DNA of 64,000 bases from Zootoca vivipara (taxonomy: Eukaryota). Positions 58,401 through 64,000 of the stretch are shown in pieces (the stretch's first letter is position 1; every line of letters begins with the position of its first letter). The notes beneath the pieces were generated by a model. That model did not search any database. It had not been told where the DNA came from and was given only the letters and a program-made list of their open reading frames with translations. The DNA is taken from contig NC_083288.1 of NCBI RefSeq assembly GCF_963506605.1, positions 43,090,001 to 43,154,000 on the forward strand. The letters are read 5' to 3'. The position numbers were made by a program, and so were the translations under genes.

Positions 58401-61400
58401 TGATTTTATAGAAAGTTTTCCTAAAGTATCTTTTTCTGATGATTTCGAAGAACTGGTGGAGGAAGGTTCTAAAACAATCAGCATGATTGTGGGAAGCACC
58501 ACCAATGTTGTAGTTGTGAATGGTGAAATTCATACAATTATGGTAATGAGAATGATGCCCAGACTTGCAGAAGCAAATGGTATAAAAATAGAAGGCAAGG
58601 CAAAAGTCTGGATTATGACAGCTCAGATGGACTTCACATCCTTTCCCATTCAAAGAGGTTGGGACATAACTTTCCTCCACGGTGCTCTGTCCTTTGCAGT
58701 CCATTCTAAGGATCTTCTAGGATTCCAGAAATTTATTCAGATGAGAAACCCGACCTTGGAAAAAGAAGATGGCTTCATCAGGCTTTTCTGGGAAGAGGCA
58801 TTTAATTGTTATTTTACTGATCCTGCTTTGGAGGAGAAAGACAAACAGATCTGCACTGGGGAGGAGAATATCGAGAGCCTTCCTGGGTCTGTTTTTGAAA
58901 TGACCATGACAGCCCACAGCTACAGCATCTACAATTCTGTATATGTTGTGGCACATGCTTTGCACACCATGCTTTCTGCCAAATTAAAATACAGAGGAAT
59001 GGCAGGTACAGTAAGGTGGGAACTTCTGAATCAACAGCCATGGCAGGTAAAGTTCTATTCCAAATAATACAGAGGTTTGTTGCTAAATCTGGCTAGTTAC
59101 AGAGTACCATGATATCATAATTCATATGAAGTCAGCCATTGAATTCCAGGAAAGTGAAGAAGCCCTAAATATTGTGCTAAAGGATTATTATTATTATTAT
59201 TATTTATAAAAATTGCCAACACGTATCATGCTCAAGGCAATCCAAAGCAAATTACAACAAACAAATATCCAATAAACCCAACATAGATTAGTAATAATAA
59301 TATATTTATACCCCACCTATCTGGCTGGGTTTCCCCAGCCACTCTGGGCGACTTCCAACAAAATATTAAAATACAATAGTCTGTTAAACATTAAAAGCTT
59401 CCCTAAACAGGGCTGCCTTCAGATGTCTTCTAAAACTCTGGTAGTTGTTTTTCTCTTTGACATCTGGTGAGAGGGCGTTCCACAGGGCAGGTGCCACTAC
59501 CGAGAAGCCCTCTGCCTTGTTCTCTGCAACTTCCCTTCTCGCAGTGAGGGAACTGCCAGAAGGCCCCTGACACTGGACCTCGGTGTCCAGGCAGAACAAT
59601 AGAGGTGGAGAAGGTCCTTCAGGTATACTGGACTGAGGCCGCTTAGGGCTTTAAAGGTCAGTACCAACACATTGAACTGTGCTCGGAAATGTACTGGGAG
59701 CCAATGTAGGTCTTTTAAGACCGGTGTTATGTGGTATCGGCGGCCACTCCCAGTCACCAGTCTAGCTGCCGCATGCTGGATTAGTTGTAGTTTCCGGGTC
59801 ACCCTCAAAGGTAGCCCTACATAGAGCGCATTGCAGTAATCCAAGCGAGAGATAACTAGAGCATGCACCACTCTGGTGAGACAGTCCACAGGCAGGTAGG
59901 GTCTCAGCCTGCATACCAGATGGAGCTGGTAAACAGCTGCCCTAGAGACAGAATTGACCTACGCCTCCGTGGACAGCTGTGAGTCCAAAATGACTCCCAG
60001 GCTGCACACCTTTGTCCTTCAGGGGCACAGTTACCCCATTCAGGACCAGGGAGTCCTCCACACCTGCCTGCCTCCTCTCCCCCACAAACAGTACTTCTGT
60101 CTTGTCAGGATTCAGCCTCAATCTGTTAGCCGCCATCCATCCTCCAACCGCCTCCAGACACTCGCTTAAAACCAAAGGAAAAAGAAATACAATAAAAATA
60201 TCTCACCCACTTTTAAAAGGCCCAATGTGTGGTTACAGAGGACAGTTTTCTGCCTGGCTCCTAAAGATATATAGTGATGGTGCCAGGTGAGCAAAACTGG
60301 GGAGAGCGTTCCTTAAACAGGGAATGCTGCAGAAAACTCCTGTTCTTGTGTTGCCACCCTCTGGACCTCGCATAGAGTGGGCACAAGAAGTAGGACCTCC
60401 CATAATGAGTGCAGGGTCTGGGTTGGTTCACATGTGAAGAGATGGTCCTTGAGGTATTGAGGTCCCTGAACCATTTACGGCTTTTTAGGAAACTAGTTGG
60501 CCCTGCCATGCGTTGCGGTGGCTCAGTTTGTTAAATGGAGCCTCAGAGTCCCACTTCAGACTCCCCTCACCTTCAGAGTCCCCCTGTTTTTGTGTGTGTT
60601 ATGTTTACATAGGCACATCCCTGTGTCTCCCCCCACCCTGTTCTGATCCATTACCTATCCCTGCCCCCATTCGGATCCCCCCCCCCAGGCAGGCCCCTAC
60701 CTCCACTTGGCCTAGTCTGAAAAGTGGCCTAGTCTGTTGCAGCCTATTCAGTCTGCTGGGCAATGTTGGGCCTTGTTGCTGCAAAAGGCCTGTTTTCAGT
60801 TGGTTGCTGTGGAATTTTGTGATGTCATCTGGTGGCGCGGCTTTGGAGGCAGCAGGGTGCGATATGTCTTTCTTTTGGATGCTGTTGGAGTCTTCAGACC
60901 TTCTGCTGGTGATGTATAATTTGGGCGCCACTTTTTGTGTTTAATCATTATTTTAGGTGTGAAAGGTGTGCTTTAGGGGGGGAATCACGCCAGATCCCTC
61001 CCTGATGGGCATGGAACATTGTGGCCAAATTTGTTGGAATTCAGTTCACCGGTTATGGAGGAAGGGTGCTACATCTGTGCACACAGTGGGAACATTTATA
61101 TATATATATAGACTAATACAATGGTTCTCGAACTTAATCCATTCCAGGAGTCCGTTCGACTCCCGAAACTGTTCAAAAACCAAGGTGCGGCTCCTGCTTG
61201 GCTGCAGGAGCTTCCTGCTCTTAAGCCATTGAATAATAATAAGGATAATAATAATTAATTTATACCTCACCCATCTGGCTGGGTTTCCCCAGCCACTCTG
61301 GGTGACTTCCAACCAAATATTAAAAACAATACAGCATCAAACATTAAAAACTTCCCTAAACAGGGCCGTCTTCCGTTGTCTTTTAAAAGTAAAATAGTTG

Positions 61401-62202
61401 CTTATTGCCTTGACATCTGCTGGGAGGGCATTCCACAGGGTGGGTGCCACTACCGAGAAGGCCCTCTGTCTGGTTCCCTGTAACCTCACTTCTCGCAATG
61501 AGGGAACCGCCAGAAGGCCCTTGGCGCTGGATATCAGTGTTCGGGATGAACGATGGGGGTGGAGACGCTCCTTCAGGTATATAGGACCGAGGCCATTTAG
61601 GGTGGATGTTCGGCTTCCGAAAAACCTTTGCAAACCGGAACACTTAGTTCTGGTCATATCAAGAGAGTAAAAAGCTTAGGACCCATCTACCTGAGAGAAT
61701 GTCCTGTTTGACCTTTGAGGTTCATTTTGTAAACAAAAACAAATGAACATTCAAGTACATCATATTGCTTAAAAGAATCAACACTATCACCCTTTTTATA
61801 GGCCCATAAGTCAATTCCCCCTCTTTCAGCAACTTCAATTATCTAAGTAGGGCTAGAGAGAGAGAGAGAGAGCTTTTAAAGATACCACAAACCATTATAT
61901 CAATCATGAAATATAATCACAGTGTCATTGTGTTAGGGCACATATTCATGAATTCTCTTCCACCTCCAATATAGCTCCACCACTTTCTGAGAAACGTATT
62001 GTTTAATAATAGTGCTGGGGGAAAAGTTTCATTTGACCAAAATGGACAATTAGTATCTGGATTTGATATTATCAACTGGATCACATTCCCAAATGAGTCA
62101 TTTCTTAGAGTCAAAGTTGGAAGGCTGGATTCCCAGGCTCCTCTGGGCAAGGGGTTAACCCTTCATGATGATGCCATCATGTGGCCAGACAGATTTAACC
62201 AG
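55170..62202 (+). CDS. V2R: Divergent V2R paralog E, exons 1-4; exons 5-6 not in window
   Basis: join(55170-55432,56705-56996,58186-59046,61975-62202); GT/AG, phases consistent, no stops; start codon uncertain. Confidence 0.88.
56071..56108 (+). repeat. (AATGAT)n hexamer repeat
   Basis: Direct reading. Confidence 0.9.
56390..56661 (+). mobile_element. tRNA-derived SINE with CR1-like tail, interrupted by a degenerate MITE (56481-56607)
   Basis: GGTTTGATCCC B-box-like; tail CCCTTCCAACTCTACAATTCTATGATTCTATGA; 8-bp TSD GGCTAAAT (56473-56480, 56608-56615). Confidence 0.7.
56705..56996 (+). CDS. V2R: V2R-E exon 2
   Basis: 292 nt; [28 protein letters not shown]. Confidence 0.93.
57134..57230 (+). 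mobile_element. Tc1/mariner-like MITE fragment; related pieces ~61121-61220 and ~61600-61650
   Basis: TA|CAGTCAAACCTC start; shared TAATCC(G/A)TTCC...AACCAAGG(C/T)GC core. Confidence 0.55.
57429..57880 (-). mobile_element. Probable solo LTR
   Basis: TGTGGCAG...CTGCCA ends, minus-strand AATAAA near 57499-57504, GC-richer than flanks. Confidence 0.5.
58186..59046 (+). CDS. V2R: V2R-E exon 3
   Basis: 861 nt; [37 protein letters not shown]. Confidence 0.94.
59292..60163 (-). mobile_element. L2 LINE 3' portion
   Basis: Minus ORFs [36 protein letters not shown]. Confidence 0.9.
61230..61600 (-). mobile_element. L2 LINE 3' fragment
   Basis: [15 protein letters not shown]; same 3' UTR as other L2 copies. 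Confidence 0.88.
61975..62202 (+). CDS. V2R: V2R-E exon 4
   Basis: 228 nt; [15 protein letters not shown]...[21 protein letters not shown]. Confidence 0.93.
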
Positions 62203-62243
62203 GTAAGTTCCATTTCAGAAAGTCTGCTGATATTTTTTCCAGT

Positions 62244-62439
62244 TACAGGTAGGTAGCCGTGTTGGTCTGAGTCGAAGCAAAATAAAAAAATTCCTTCAGT
62301 AGCACCTTAAAGACCAACTAAGTTTATATTTTGGTATGAGCTTTCGTGTGCATGCACACTTCTTCAGATACAGATACATGCACACGAAAGCTCATACCAA
62401 AAATATAAACTTAGTTGGTCTTTAAGGTGCTACTGAAGG
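62244..62439. mobile_element. Penelope-like terminal remnant with 62-bp inverted repeat; partial copy at 63034-63100
   Basis: Arms 62293-62354 and 62377-62439; 15-bp flanking duplication GATATTTTTTCCAGT; family call is by resemblance only. Confidence 0.7.
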
Positions 62440-62555
62440 GATATTTTTTCCAGTGGGCCATAACAATTTCACTGTAATATATTAAAGGATCCGTTCTCAG
62501 ATCAAACTAGATGTAACACTAAGAGATTGCATAAAGGGCAATGAATAATGTAAAA

Positions 62556-62920
62556 TTTTGAATTATGGTGCTGGAGGAGACTCTTGAGAGTCCCGTGGAC
62601 TGCAAGAAGATCAAACCTATCCATTCTGAAGGAAATCAGCTCTGAGTGCTCACTGGAACAGATCCTGAAGCTGAGGCTCCAATACTTTGGCCTCCTCATG
62701 AGAAGAGAATACTCCCTGGAAAAGACCCTGATGTTGGGAAAGATTGAGGACACAAGGAGAAGGGGACGACAGAGGACAAGATGGTTGGACAATGTTCTCA
62801 AAGCTATGAACATAAGTCTGACAAAACTGCAGGAGGCAGTGGAAGACAGGAGTGCCTTGTGTGCTCTGGTCCATGGGGTCACAAAGAGTCGGACACGACT
62901 AAACGACTAAACAACAACAA
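62556..62920 (+). mobile_element. BovB 3' fragment
   Basis: [20 protein letters not shown]...TRLND, (AAC)n tail. Confidence 0.93.
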
Positions 62921-63242
62921 ATATTAAAGCATCCATTCTCAGATGAAACTAGATGTAACACGAAGAGATTGCATAAAGGGCAATGAATAATGCAAAAATC
63001 CATTAATGGTTTCTCTATATATAATATGTTGAAGTTACAGGTAGGTAGCCGTGTTGGTCTGAGTCGAAGCAAAATAAAAAAATTCCTTCAGTAGCGTCTT
63101 TAATATGTTGAACTCGATGCTTTTGTTCTTGAAAAAAAATGGTTCTAGTACTGTGTACCCTTGAATACCCCCAGGAAAAAAGCATTAGCTGAATGTTTTC
63201 TACTTCACTAAGACTCTTGACTTCTAAAAGTTGATGTTGTTG

Positions 63243-63892
63243 CACCGATTGGCAGAGTAAATTACACAATTTTGCCAAAATTGAGCAATTAACAAACAGT
63301 CTTAGAGACAATTCAAAAGTAATTAAAAAAAATGGGATAGGTACAAGAAATATGTTCAAAAGTATAGCAAAAATGTAGTATCCATGATAGCGTTTGAGTG
63401 ATCTTAAAAGGAAATTAGGGGTTGAATAATAATTGTTAGGATGTAAAAGGAAGTAAGAATGTACTAGATTATTTGCTTAAGAAGTTTGTACTAAGGTATT
63501 TACATTCAAGTGTAAAGAATAAGTATATACTCGAGGAATTAACAGGAAGTCCAAAGCTTTTATTTTTATCTTTATTACATATACATATACAATTTTTTAT
63601 TTTGCTTTTTTAAATTTTATTTATTTATCGGCTCTTTTTTTAAAAAAAATTAAATTATTTATTCATTCATTTTTCTTTATTTAGGGGAGGAAAATGCAGG
63701 AAAAAGAAAAAGAGGAAAGATAAATTAATACAGAAAGGAAATACTTGTAACAATTACCAGATAAATAGTAGAATGTAATCTGTAGGATGTCTACTTTGTA
63801 TAATGTATATATTCTTTGTATGTTTTATATGCTATATATATTTTATAGTTATTAAAAATACGCAATAAAAAGGATTAAAATAAAAATAGAAA
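63243..63892 (+). mobile_element. L1 3' fragment
   Basis: DWQSKLHNFAKIEQLT resembles the L1 ORF2 end; AATAAA and A-rich tail; 18-bp TSD TAAAAGTTGATGTTGTTG (63225-63242, 63893-63910). Confidence 0.8.
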
Positions 63893-64000
63893 TAAAAGTT
63901 GATGTTGTTGAAACATTTACCAATATGGTTTTTCATGAAACCAAAGGTGTAGGAGTAATGGTAGAGGCACAGATTCCAGTACTGGAGTTTGTTGCAAATA

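Noticed and set aside
60500-61015. Possible DNA transposon with CCATGC/GCATGG ends
   Set aside because: Inverted match too short and no TSD; cannot be supported by eye.
1-64000. CRISPR arrays, rRNA genes or prokaryotic operons
   Set aside because: Spliced vertebrate genes and eukaryotic repeats throughout; no repeat-spacer pattern seen.

Overview
Eukaryotic genomic DNA from a squamate reptile, probably a lacertid lizard (inferred from the SINE/MITE repertoire). The window is a head-to-tail, + strand tandem cluster of vomeronasal type-2 receptor (V2R, class C GPCR) genes with the usual 6-coding-exon layout (218/292/~855/228/127/902 nt). Four very similar paralogs are present. A (791-8651) has lost exons 2-4 and is a frameshifted pseudogene. 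B (11376-23410) is intact, 873 aa. C (26530-37871) is intact, 871 aa, and carries a ~3.55 kb internal duplication of intron4-exon5-intron5-exon6. D (40407-48437) is intact, 873 aa. A fifth, divergent paralog E (exons 1-4, 55170-62202) runs off the right edge. Introns and spacers are dense with transposable elements: two homologous full-length BovB (RTE) LINEs, L1 and L2 fragments, Sauria and other tRNA-derived SINEs, solo LTRs, hAT and Tc1/mariner MITEs and Penelope-like remnants. Highlights: (1) the gene C duplication junction contains a 26-nt inverted templated insertion and creates a candidate alternative terminal exon for a 5-TM truncated receptor; (2) TE presence/absence markers suggest gene B is a C/A hybrid from unequal crossover; (3) one BovB keeps an uninterrupted 1041-aa ORF; (4) an unclassified decayed coding-like relic lies at ~50.7-53.9 kb; (5) a BovB fragment has a 77-bp flanking duplication. 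I found no wholly new biological system; the novelty is in the rearrangement history and the candidate isoforms. All coordinates were read by eye and no database searches were run.
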